This document shows positions 34,382 to 41,924 of a stretch of 43,960 bases of DNA, piece after piece. A model generated the notes under the pieces. That model made no database searches, was not told where the DNA came from, and worked only from the letters and a program-made list of their open reading frames with translations. This DNA comes from a virus (Duplodnaviria; Caudoviricetes). Position 1 is the stretch's first letter. Each line of letters begins with the position of its first letter. A program made the translations under genes and the position numbers. Location: IMG/VR virus record IMGVR_UViG_3300035041_000037, positions 1 to 43,960 of that record, one strand, 5' to 3'.

Positions 34382-35419
34382 GTGGGGACAAGGCATAAAA
34401 ACCTGATAGGCAAAATAATCGCATGGGATAACCTGCTTAAAGCGCACCACCTGGCAAGGCGTGGCAAACGCAACCGCGCCGATGTGGTGGAGTTTGAGTC
34501 TTGCCTGTGGGAAAACCTTGCCGCCCTGCAAATGGAAATGCTGTGGGGATCGTATCAGCCGGGCAGGTACAGAGCCTTTATGATCAGAGAGCCAAAGCTG
34601 CGCGAGATCTCCGCGCTGCCGTACCGCGACAGGGTGGTGCAACACGCCATTTGCAATATATGTGGCCCGATATGGAACAATGCCATGATAGATGACACGT
34701 TTGCATGCAGGCCGGGCAAAGGTACCCACGCTGCCGCCGACAGAACCCAGCGGTGGCTCAGAGATATGCACAAGAGCGGTCGAGACGTGTGGATATTGAA
34801 AATGGATGTGAGCAAATACTTTCAAAACATTCGCCACCGCCACGCCAAGAAAGTGATCCGGAGGAAAATATCCTGCCCCAAAACGTTAAAGCTGTTAGAC
34901 AGGATAATAGACAGCACCGCCGCTGAAAACGACCCCGACCCCGCTGGCATACCCGTAGGAAATTTAACCAGCCAGTGGATCGCCAACCTGATAGGCAACG
35001 AGTTCGACCAGTGGGCAAAGCGCGAGATGCGGATCAAACGCTACATAAGATACATGGACGATACCGTAGTTTTATGCTGGAGCAAGCACGAAGCGCTGGA
35101 GCTGCGCGACAGGTTTGCGCATAAGCTTGAATGCTTCGGCATGAAGTTTAGCAAGACCAGCATCCTCCCCGCAGCGCGCGGGGTGAATTTTGTCGGCTAC
35201 AGAATCTGGCACGATCACCGCCTTTTGCGCAGGCAGTCGATAAAAGACATGACAAAAAGGCTCAGGAGCATGCAGGCAGCATACGAAAAAGGCAAGCTAA
35301 GCCTGACATCCATCAGCGCAAGAATAAAAAGCTGGATAGCCCACACAGACCACGCAAACAGCTACAGCATCCGCCAAAAGCTCCTGGGCGAGACAGCTTT
35401 CTCACGCAAAGAACAGTAG
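34382..35419 (+). CDS. DGR reverse transcriptase
   Basis: PKLREISALPYRDRVVQHA, LKMDVSKYF, GIPVGNLTSQWIAN, YIRYMDD, GVNFVGY. GTG 34382 follows AAGGGAG; the ORF is open from 34283. Confidence 0.95.
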   Translation: MGTRHKNLIGKIIAWDNLLKAHHLARRGKRNRADVVEFESCLWENLAALQMEMLWGSYQPGRYRAFMIREPKLREISALPYRDRVVQHAICNICGPIWNNAMIDDTFACRPGKGTHAAADRTQRWLRDMHKSGRDVWILKMDVSKYFQNIRHRHAKKVIRRKISCPKTLKLLDRIIDSTAAENDPDPAGIPVGNLTSQWIANLIGNEFDQWAKREMRIKRYIRYMDDTVVLCWSKHEALELRDRFAHKLECFGMKFSKTSILPAARGVNFVGYRIWHDHRLLRRQSIKDMTKRLRSMQAAYEKGKLSLTSISARIKSWIAHTDHANSYSIRQKLLGETAFSRKEQ

Positions 35420-35430
35420 CCGCAAAAAGG

Positions 35431-35450
35431 TGTAGTAAAATGTAGTAAAA
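35431..35450. repeat. tandem 10-mers, candidate integrase arm or Xis sites
   Basis: TGTAGTAAAA x2, about 50 bp from the att core. Confidence 0.45.
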
Positions 35451-35461
35451 ATATCACTAAA

Positions 35462-35492
35462 AAGGGGTTACAGCTAAAAGCCGTAACCCCTT
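35462..35492 (-). terminator. rho-independent terminator downstream of the tRNA fragment (possibly bidirectional)
   Basis: AAGGGGTTACAGC-TAAAA-GCCGTAACCCCTT; T-run follows on the minus strand. Confidence 0.75.
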
Positions 35493-35500
35493 GATATTTA

Positions 35501-35545
35501 TGGTGCCCAGAGACAGAATCGAACTGCCGACACGAGGATTTTCAG
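35501..35545 (-). other. attP core: 3' half of tRNA-Phe(GAA)
   Basis: Reverse complement is CTGAAAATCCTCGTGTCGGCAGTTCGATTCTGTCTCTGGGCACCA (anticodon loop, T arm, CCA); no 5' half; 26 bp from the integrase stop. Confidence 0.88.
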
Positions 35546-35571
35546 GTTTAGGCGCGCATTGGTTTTTCTTT

Positions 35572-36654
35572 TTATTCCGGTTGCTTATCGTCGTTTTCCT
35601 CTGCCGGTGTAGTGTCCGGCTTTTCTACCATGGCGCTGAATTTTTCACCCTCCGAGGTTAGCAGGTCGGCTGCAAGGTGGGTATAGGTTTCGGTTATTTG
35701 GCTGGTGCTGTGGCCCATCATGCCCTGGATGCTGCGCAGGTTTATGCCTGCGGCTATGGCGTGGGTGCCGAAGCTGTGGCGCAGGAGGTGGTGATACACG
35801 CGGCCTTCGATCCCTGCTTTGTCGGCGGCGCGTGCCAGGGCTTTGCGGATGCTGTACCAGGGCTTTTTGGTTTTTGGGTTGGTATAGAGGTAGCCGCGCT
35901 TTGTGCGCTGTTTTGCGGCTGTGAGCTCTTTGAGTAAGCGCCTGGTGGTTATGGGCAGGACGCGCTCTTTGCTGCCCTTGCCGGTTATGTAGATTATTTT
36001 ACGTTTGAGTTGGACGTCTTCGGCGCGGATCTGAAGCGCTTCGGCGCGGCGAAGTCCGGCGTCGTACATGAGCAGGGCGATGCCGAGGTATTCTGGTTCC
36101 AGCGCATCGAGGAGGGCTTGCATCTCCTGCGGTGTGGGCACGTGGGGTGCTTTGGCTTTTGTGCTTTTTGCGGGGAATTTGCGGATTTTGAAGGGCAGGG
36201 GCTCGATGTAGCGTTGATCTATTGCCCAGGTGAGCATCCGGCTGAGGTACGATAATTCCTTATTTATAGTGCGCTTGCTGACGCCATCGGCAAGGCGGGT
36301 GGTTTTGTAGTGGTTTATGTGGGCTTCGGTGATGGAGTTTAGGAGCAGATCGCCGAAGTGGGGCGCGAGGCGCTTCCAGCAGTTCCAGAAGTCGCGGACG
36401 GTGGCTGGTGCTGATTCGGTTTTGTAGTATGCGGAAAAGTCTGCGACGATCTCGACCAGCTTATGCACGATCCTGCCGCCGCTGATGGGGCGATGCTGGC
36501 GGCGAATCTGTGCTTCGACTTCCCGCGCTTCGGCTTCGGTGCAGTCGTGCATAATCTGCATGACGCGCTTGCCGTTGCGGCCCTGGGGGTAGTAGTCGAT
36601 GATCCAAGAGCGCGGGACGATTTGGCCTTTACGTTTGTATGGGCGGACTGCCAT
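35572..36654 (-). CDS. int: tyrosine integrase
   Basis: GLRRAE (R), GKGSKER (K), HLLRHSF (HxxR), MGHS, TETYTHL (Y). Confidence 0.95.
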   Translation of the reverse strand: MAVRPYKRKGQIVPRSWIIDYYPQGRNGKRVMQIMHDCTEAEAREVEAQIRRQHRPISGGRIVHKLVEIVADFSAYYKTESAPATVRDFWNCWKRLAPHFGDLLLNSITEAHINHYKTTRLADGVSKRTINKELSYLSRMLTWAIDQRYIEPLPFKIRKFPAKSTKAKAPHVPTPQEMQALLDALEPEYLGIALLMYDAGLRRAEALQIRAEDVQLKRKIIYITGKGSKERVLPITTRRLLKELTAAKQRTKRGYLYTNPKTKKPWYSIRKALARAADKAGIEGRVYHHLLRHSFGTHAIAAGINLRSIQGMMGHSTSQITETYTHLAADLLTSEGEKFSAMVEKPDTTPAEENDDKQPE

Positions 36655-36656
36655 GG

Positions 36657-37040
36657 TTACATATCCTCAAAAGAAAAGGCTTCCAGGCTCCAGCTTTCAC
36701 CTCCGTCAGTCGTTTTTACTAAGCATGTGTAATTGTTCCTGATCATTGCACCAAAGCTGTTTTGAGAATCAACATACGCGTTTACCAAGAAAACGCCTTC
36801 TTCTTTTTTGTAAACCTCAACGTCGGTTATCCAGGGGAATTCTGCGCTTCCAGGGGATTTTAAAAAATCTTTCACGAACTCTTGCGACATTACGAATGCT
36901 TCTGTTTCTGTAGCGCTTTGGCTACCACCGCCACCAAATATGGCCCCTAGAGTGCAAATCAGAAACAGGACTAGGAAAAAGTTTAAAACTGATTTCTTAT
37001 TTTTATTTTTCCGTTGTTGCACCTCTTCTTCGCTACCCAT
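36657..37040 (-). CDS. membrane-anchored protein in the immunity region
   Basis: N-terminal TM; YVDSQNSFGAMIRNNY motif; AT-rich. Confidence 0.7.
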   Translation of the reverse strand: MGSEEEVQQRKNKNKKSVLNFFLVLFLICTLGAIFGGGGSQSATETEAFVMSQEFVKDFLKSPGSAEFPWITDVEVYKKEEGVFLVNAYVDSQNSFGAMIRNNYTCLVKTTDGGESWSLEAFSFEDM

Positions 37041-37080
37041 TGTCCCCTTCCTTTCCTTTACACATTAAAACGAATATTTA

Positions 37081-37242
37081 CTAATCGACACGGTAAAAAA
37101 TATCACGGCTCGGGGGCCGTGTTTGACAGATAAGCGCTGCTTTTATGATGCCGGTGATGCGCGCTAGGTTTGGCTTGTTGAGCCTGCGTATGTAGCGTAG
37201 CAGGCGGTACTCCTGTTTTGAGATCCGGACTGTTGTGTGCAT
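37081..37242 (-). CDS. 53-aa protein resembling the repressor C-terminal helix (not in the ORF track)
   Basis: AAGGAG RBS; MHTTVRISKQEYRLLRYIRRLNKPNLARITGIIKAALICQ. Confidence 0.6.
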   Translation of the reverse strand: MHTTVRISKQEYRLLRYIRRLNKPNLARITGIIKAALICQTRPPSRDIFYRVD

Positions 37243-37330
37243 TGGTCTCTCCTTTGTTTTAATGTTTTTTCAGGAGAGATTATGCGGTGTTAGAAAAAGT
37301 TACAAGATTGTTTAAGGTGCTATATACATT

Positions 37331-37846
37331 CTACTGTGCGGGTGGTGTATCGTCATCTTTGCTTTGATTTTTAAACTGCATTACCTCCGTCTCCATTAGT
37401 GTGATGAGGGCGTGGTATTTGTTTTTGTCGTTCAGCTTGCGGTATGTTTCAAGTAGGCGGCGTTCGTCGCTGGTTAAGAATAGCTCCTGATCGCCTTCTT
37501 GGACGGTGTGATTGCCAGCGCCTATATTGAAGGACTGTTCAACCCTGTGTGTGTCTGGGCGCTCGCGTAGTACGCTGGCTTTTTGTTCAACCTCTTTTTT
37601 CGGCACACCGTCCAGCAACATCCTACCTAAAGCAAGGAAATTCTCGTAACTGTAACCGTAAAAGTTGGCGATTCTTTCCTGTAGCCGCTTGCCCGCAACT
37701 TTCCTACCACCAAGAACATCATTTATATGCTGCCTTGATATAGATAGCTCTGAGGCCACTTTTTTCTGGGCACCGTAGCCATTTGTGTCAATTTCACGCT
37801 GAAATGCGCGTACAAAACTCTCCTCAACTGTCGCCATATCTTCCAT
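37331..37846 (-). CDS. CI-like XRE HTH repressor
   Basis: AQKKVASELSISRQHINDVLGGRK HTH; divergent from the cro-like gene; start uncertain (37846 or 37837); no S24 peptidase domain seen. Confidence 0.8.
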   Translation of the reverse strand: MEDMATVEESFVRAFQREIDTNGYGAQKKVASELSISRQHINDVLGGRKVAGKRLQERIANFYGYSYENFLALGRMLLDGVPKKEVEQKASVLRERPDTHRVEQSFNIGAGNHTVQEGDQELFLTSDERRLLETYRKLNDKNKYHALITLMETEVMQFKNQSKDDDTPPAQ

Positions 37847-37887
37847 ATACCACCACACTGTTCTTTTGCCAATTCTACAAAATTCAG

Positions 37888-37934
37888 GTAATGCTTTATT
37901 TTTAGTTGACACAAAGACGTCAATGCTTTACTTC
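37888..37934. promoter_or_regulatory. divergent CI/Cro control region
   Basis: TTGACA at 37906-11, inverted repeat TTGAC-N8-GTCAA (37906-23), direct repeat AATGCTTTA at 37890 and 37922. Confidence 0.55.
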
Positions 37935-37942
37935 TAGTACCC

Positions 37943-38152
37943 ATGAGACATGGAATACGCAAACATATAGCAAAACAGGTTGGGGTAACACCTCAGCACT
38001 TTGGGGCCATCCTTAAAGGCAAGTGGCGCGCCAGTATAGGTTTGTCACGCAAGCTTGAGGCTGTAACTGGCATCCCGAAAGAATTATGGATTTTCGGCTC
38101 TGGTAAAGAGTTGACTGATGCCATGTCTGAAAAGTACCCCAAAAAGGCGTAG
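37943..38152 (+). CDS. Cro-like HTH protein
   Basis: IAKQVGVTPQHFGAILKGKWRAS...LEAVTGIP. Confidence 0.8.
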   Translation: MRHGIRKHIAKQVGVTPQHFGAILKGKWRASIGLSRKLEAVTGIPKELWIFGSGKELTDAMSEKYPKKA

Positions 38153-38196
38153 TTCTCTATTGCTAGTTTGCACTTTTTTGTAAGCGGGAGGTAATT

Positions 38197-38676
38197 ATGG
38201 AGTCATGGGAAGCGTTAGACATGGCAATCGGCAAGAGGTCAAAGGCAATTGCTAAGCGCCTGCGGTGCTCTCAAGAGCTGGTGTATCGCTGGCAGCAACC
38301 GATGAACGATTTCAGCCAGAGCGGTGCATATAACCCGCTGGATAGGATCGAGGCGGTTGTGAGTGAGGCTCAGATCCAGGGTGCGGGTGATGATGCGTTG
38401 CTGCCGCTGCATTATCTGGCGCGGAGATTTAACCAGGCTTTGATCCAGATTCCTGAGTCTATCAATGCTGCGGATGGCACGACAACTAAGCAGATGCTTG
38501 AGTGTGTGCATGAGTTTGGCGAGCTGGCGGCGGTTGCTGCTGATGCGCTGGCTGATGGAAAGATCACACGCCGTGAGCGGAGCGAGGTTGTGCGTGAGGG
38601 CTGGCAGGCGGTTGAGGCGCTGTGCACGTTTTTGCGCGCGGTTGAGGATGCCTGCCCGGTTGACAGGAGGCTGTGA
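38197..38676 (+). CDS. CII-like phage regulatory protein
   Basis: N-terminal HTH, NPLDR, EFGEL...ALADGKITRRE; position after cro. Confidence 0.7.
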   Translation: MESWEALDMAIGKRSKAIAKRLRCSQELVYRWQQPMNDFSQSGAYNPLDRIEAVVSEAQIQGAGDDALLPLHYLARRFNQALIQIPESINAADGTTTKQMLECVHEFGELAAVAADALADGKITRRERSEVVREGWQAVEALCTFLRAVEDACPVDRRL

Positions 38677-38960
38677 TGGATACCAGGGTTGTTTTGAGGT
38701 CTATCGAAAAGAGCGCTGAGCTTGCGCTTTATTCTGCGCGGCTGACGGAAAAGACGCTGCAGAAAAAGCGGGTTGATGTGTTGTCTGCGCGGATTGAGGT
38801 TGCTCAGGCATACGGGCAGCTGGAGGTGCTTGAGCGGATGCTTATCAGGCTTGGGCTGGGAGAATCTGATGTTATGCGGAAGGTTACTGCTTCGCGTGAG
38901 CGGGTTTCTCAAATCTACGCTGATATCTGTAACGGCGATGTTAGACGGGAGGCTGTGTGA
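38673..38960 (+). CDS. hypothetical protein
   Basis: AGGAGG RBS, overlapping chain. Confidence 0.6.
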   Translation: MMDTRVVLRSIEKSAELALYSARLTEKTLQKKRVDVLSARIEVAQAYGQLEVLERMLIRLGLGESDVMRKVTASRERVSQIYADICNGDVRREAV

Positions 38961-39163
38961 TGGACACCGCCCAGGAGATTGCAGCGCTGCGCCAGGAGGT
39001 GGCGGAAATGAAACAGATGCTTTCTGCGTTTGTCTGCCCGCCTGAGCGTAAGCAGCCCCAGGAGGGGATGGGCGCGTATGAGTTGAGCCGGATAGTCTCC
39101 GCTGATGATCCGCTGGAGGCAATCCGCGAGCGTAACAAGCGCGTGAAGGCGCGGCGCAAATAG
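38957..39163 (+). CDS. hypothetical protein
   Basis: GGAGG RBS, overlapping chain. Confidence 0.6.
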   Translation: MMDTAQEIAALRQEVAEMKQMLSAFVCPPERKQPQEGMGAYELSRIVSADDPLEAIRERNKRVKARRK

Positions 39164-39222
39164 ATCCCATCAGGCGTGCGGCTAGCCCCGACCGATGCGC
39201 CGTCTCAGCCACAGGGGTGATT

Positions 39223-39266
39223 GCCCGGCGGCTTGTGCCCTCCTCACGCGGCCGCCGGGGTTTTTT
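39223..39266 (+). terminator. rho-independent terminator
   Basis: CCCGGCGGC...GCCGCCGGG followed by GTTTTTT. Confidence 0.6.
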
Positions 39267-39293
39267 CAAGCGTGGGGAATTGAGGAGGGAGAT

Positions 39294-39449
39294 ATGGCTG
39301 ATAAGAGTTTTGCAAGGCAGCATTTGATTGTTTTGGCTTGGCAGGAGCGCAGGCTTTTGCGCGACGTTGATCATGGCTCTGATTATCTGGTTGGTTACTA
39401 CCACGGTTTGCTCACGAGTCTGCGCGCGCTGAGAAGGAGGAGAGCATGA
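39294..39449 (+). CDS. hypothetical protein
   Basis: GAGGAGG RBS before ATG 39294. Confidence 0.5.
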   Translation: MADKSFARQHLIVLAWQERRLLRDVDHGSDYLVGYYHGLLTSLRALRRRRA

Positions 39450-39631
39450 AGTTTATCAAGTTTACCCTGGCCGCTGCTATCTGGTTTGGCAGCACATGTC
39501 TGCTTGCATCCATGGCGCTTGATGCCATGCAGTGGGAGCAGGAGCGCCAAGCGGCAGCGGCTGCTGAGTATCGGCAGCAGGTGGATCAAGAGCTGCGCGT
39601 TGAGGACGCCGTGTATCGGGCGGGGCAATGA
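39446..39631 (+). CDS. small protein with N-terminal hydrophobic segment
   Basis: AGGAGG RBS; ATGA overlap. Confidence 0.55.
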   Translation: MKFIKFTLAAAIWFGSTCLLASMALDAMQWEQERQAAAAAEYRQQVDQELRVEDAVYRAGQ

Positions 39632-39703
39632 TAATCCCCCGCTCCCCCTCTATGCTGCAGGCGCTCCAGATTCAATTGTTCATGGCTCGCGGCAAAATGT
39701 CGC

Positions 39704-39743
39704 GGGTCCTTCTGGGCGTACAGCGTAGAGCGGGCGGCAAAGC
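39704..39743 (+). other. candidate cos site (cosQ-like + cosN-like)
   Basis: GGGTCCT, 21 nt, GGGCGGCAAAGC; resembles lambda GGGTCCT...GGGCGGCGACCT; intergenic. Confidence 0.5.
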
Positions 39744-39825
39744 CACAATATTTGTGTCCATTTGAGATTTGTATTTCATTTGGAAAAATGGAATTTGATT
39801 GTGTGATTTCTGATAGTTAGGTTGA

Positions 39826-41304
39826 TTGATGGGTGTTCCCGAGATTGATTACAAGTTTGTAAAAGACTGCCTCGATGCAAACGAGCTGGGCGATGGGATG
39901 TTGTTCGCTCATTTGCACCAGGGGCAGTTTATTTACGTTGCCAGCGCGGACGAGTGGTACGCCTGGGTAGGGCATCACTGGGAACGCGACGTCAAAGAGC
40001 GCAGCGCATCCGCGGTGGAGAATGTCGCGGTCCAGTACCTGGCAGCAGCAGACGGACTAGAGCCTATGATAAAGGACGCGCTCGCGGAGAATGGAAAAGA
40101 CAAAGCCGCCGCGTTGCGCGAGATCCAGAAGAAGTACCGCAAGCGCGCCGAGAAGCTCCGCTCCGATCGCGGCATCCGCAGCACCCTGCGCTTTGCGCGC
40201 ATCGGCGAACACGCCCTCGCGATCCACGGCGAAGAACTCGACCAGAAACCCTGGCTGCTCGCATGCAACAACGGCGTGATAAACCTGAAGAACGGCAAGC
40301 TGCGCGACGGACGCCCCGAAGACTACCTCACGATGGCATGCCCGCACGACTACAAAGGGCTCGACCATCTCGACGACCGCTGGGAGAAGTTCCTCCTGCA
40401 GATATCCAACGACCGTGAGGAGCTCGTTGACTACTACCAGCGCATCCTCGGCTACGCCGTCACAGGACTCTCCACCGTCCCCGACTTTTTCGCACTCGCA
40501 GGGCAGGGCCGCAACGGTAAATCCGTCCTGATCGAGACCATCTCCTACGTCCTGGGAGATCTCGCCGGACCCATCCCAGCAGAAATGCTCCTCGATCAAC
40601 CCAGCAGCAGATCCGCCAACGCCGCCAGCCCCGACATCATGAAGCTGCGCGGCCTGCGCATCGCCTACGCCAGCGAGACCGACGAAGGGCGTAAATTCAG
40701 CAGCAGCCGCATCAAATGGCTCACCGGTGGCGATAGACTCACCGGCCGCCACCCGCACGACAAATACAGCGTCGATTTCACGCCGACACACACACTGTTC
40801 CTGCTTACCAACCACAAACCGCGCGCCGCCGCTGACGACTTCGCTTTCTGGGAACGCTGCCGCCTAATCTGGTTTGAACTCAGCTTCGTAAAAGACCGCG
40901 AACCACGCCCCGACAGCAACGAGCGCCCCGCAGATCCCGACCTCGCAGCAACCCTGCAGGAATGCGCACCCGCGATCCTCTCCTGGCTGGTCAACGGCTG
41001 CCTGCGCTGGCAAGCAGAAGGCACCACACCACCGCCGATAGTCAAAGAAGCCACCGCCGCTTACCGCCAGGAGCAAGACATCATCCAGGAATGGATAGAC
41101 GACTGCATCGAAGAAGATCCGTATGGATCAGCCCCAGCGCGCGAACTCAACCAGAGCTGGACGCAATGGTACGAAGCCAACGTCGGCAAACGCGTCCCAT
41201 CTCAGCGCTGGCTCGGGCAACAACTCGGCAAACGCTACACAAAACGCAAAGCACGTACCGGATTCGTCTACGACGGCATAAAGGTGATCCATGAATTTAT
41301 CTGA
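39826..41304 (+). CDS. P4/D5-family SF3 helicase (primase-helicase C-terminal part)
   Basis: LLACNNGVINL, GQGRNGKS Walker A, ASETDEG, IKWLTGGD, TNHKP. Confidence 0.9.
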   Translation: MMGVPEIDYKFVKDCLDANELGDGMLFAHLHQGQFIYVASADEWYAWVGHHWERDVKERSASAVENVAVQYLAAADGLEPMIKDALAENGKDKAAALREIQKKYRKRAEKLRSDRGIRSTLRFARIGEHALAIHGEELDQKPWLLACNNGVINLKNGKLRDGRPEDYLTMACPHDYKGLDHLDDRWEKFLLQISNDREELVDYYQRILGYAVTGLSTVPDFFALAGQGRNGKSVLIETISYVLGDLAGPIPAEMLLDQPSSRSANAASPDIMKLRGLRIAYASETDEGRKFSSSRIKWLTGGDRLTGRHPHDKYSVDFTPTHTLFLLTNHKPRAAADDFAFWERCRLIWFELSFVKDREPRPDSNERPADPDLAATLQECAPAILSWLVNGCLRWQAEGTTPPPIVKEATAAYRQEQDIIQEWIDDCIEEDPYGSAPARELNQSWTQWYEANVGKRVPSQRWLGQQLGKRYTKRKARTGFVYDGIKVIHEFI

Positions 41305-41307
41305 TAC

Positions 41308-41603
41308 TGCGCACCTTGCGCACCATAGCGCACCTTGGTTTTCGCAAGGTCAACGGGGGAACGGGGTGGAATTATTACACAATTTATACAGTGTGAACCT
41401 TGCGCACCTTAATCTGTATATACGCACACGTGCGCGCGCGCGAGCGATAGCCGGAACCCTACAAACAATAAAAAAACATACCTTACTTTATATAAAAAAA
41501 GGTGAACAAGGTTCACAGAGTAAAAATAAAATAAAGATTTTAAGTATTTAGACTGCGCACCTTTTACGAAAAAAGGTCCACATAAGGTGCGCAAAGGTGC
41601 GCA
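41308..41603. repeat. candidate replication origin: iteron-like TGCGCACCT/GTGAACC repeats around an AT-rich tract
   Basis: Several direct and inverted (T)GCGCACC(TT) copies flanking the AT-rich 41460-41550 stretch, between helicase and primase. Confidence 0.6.
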
Positions 41604-41647
41604 CTAAAAATTTACAGCCCTTTTACTGGATAGAAAGGAAAAATCAG

Positions 41648-41920
41648 ATGCAATACAGCTTCCCAGAAACGCTCTTCGTAGAGGAAAACACACCGGGCCA
41701 GCAGCTGGAGCATGCGTTTGATGAAGCAGAAGAGATAGCGCGCGCCATAACTGAGGAAGAACCAAAAGAGCGGATCGAGGAAGAAATAGCCGACTTAACC
41801 CACAGCCTAGAAACCTTCTGGCGCATCATCGCCAAACATAACGGCCCTGAATACGTGCAGGAAGTGTTCAATCGCGTGATCCAGAAAAACGCCGCGCGCA
41901 ATTACTACACCGGAGCATAA
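41648..41920 (+). CDS. MazG-like NTP pyrophosphohydrolase-fold protein
   Basis: DEAEEI...EEEIADL...VIQKNAARNYY; AAGGA RBS. Confidence 0.6.
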   Translation: MQYSFPETLFVEENTPGQQLEHAFDEAEEIARAITEEEPKERIEEEIADLTHSLETFWRIIAKHNGPEYVQEVFNRVIQKNAARNYYTGA

Positions 41921-41924
41921 CCCC

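Noticed and set aside
34283-35419. RT as group II intron, retron or Abi RT
   Set aside because: No maturase or endonuclease extension; the avd, TR and VR context defines a DGR.
35501-35545. Functional tRNA-Phe gene
   Set aside because: The 5' half (acceptor 5' strand, D arm) is absent; the integrase stop lies 26 bp away.
38412-39404. 330-aa minus-strand ORF and other long antisense ORFs (7950..9041, 15527..16480, 26505..27392)
   Set aside because: They shadow well-supported + strand genes, carry no recognisable motifs, and are expected from codon bias.
41291-41594. ORFs 41291..41551(+) and 41409..41594(-)
   Set aside because: They run through the repeat/AT-rich origin-like region and give low-complexity products.
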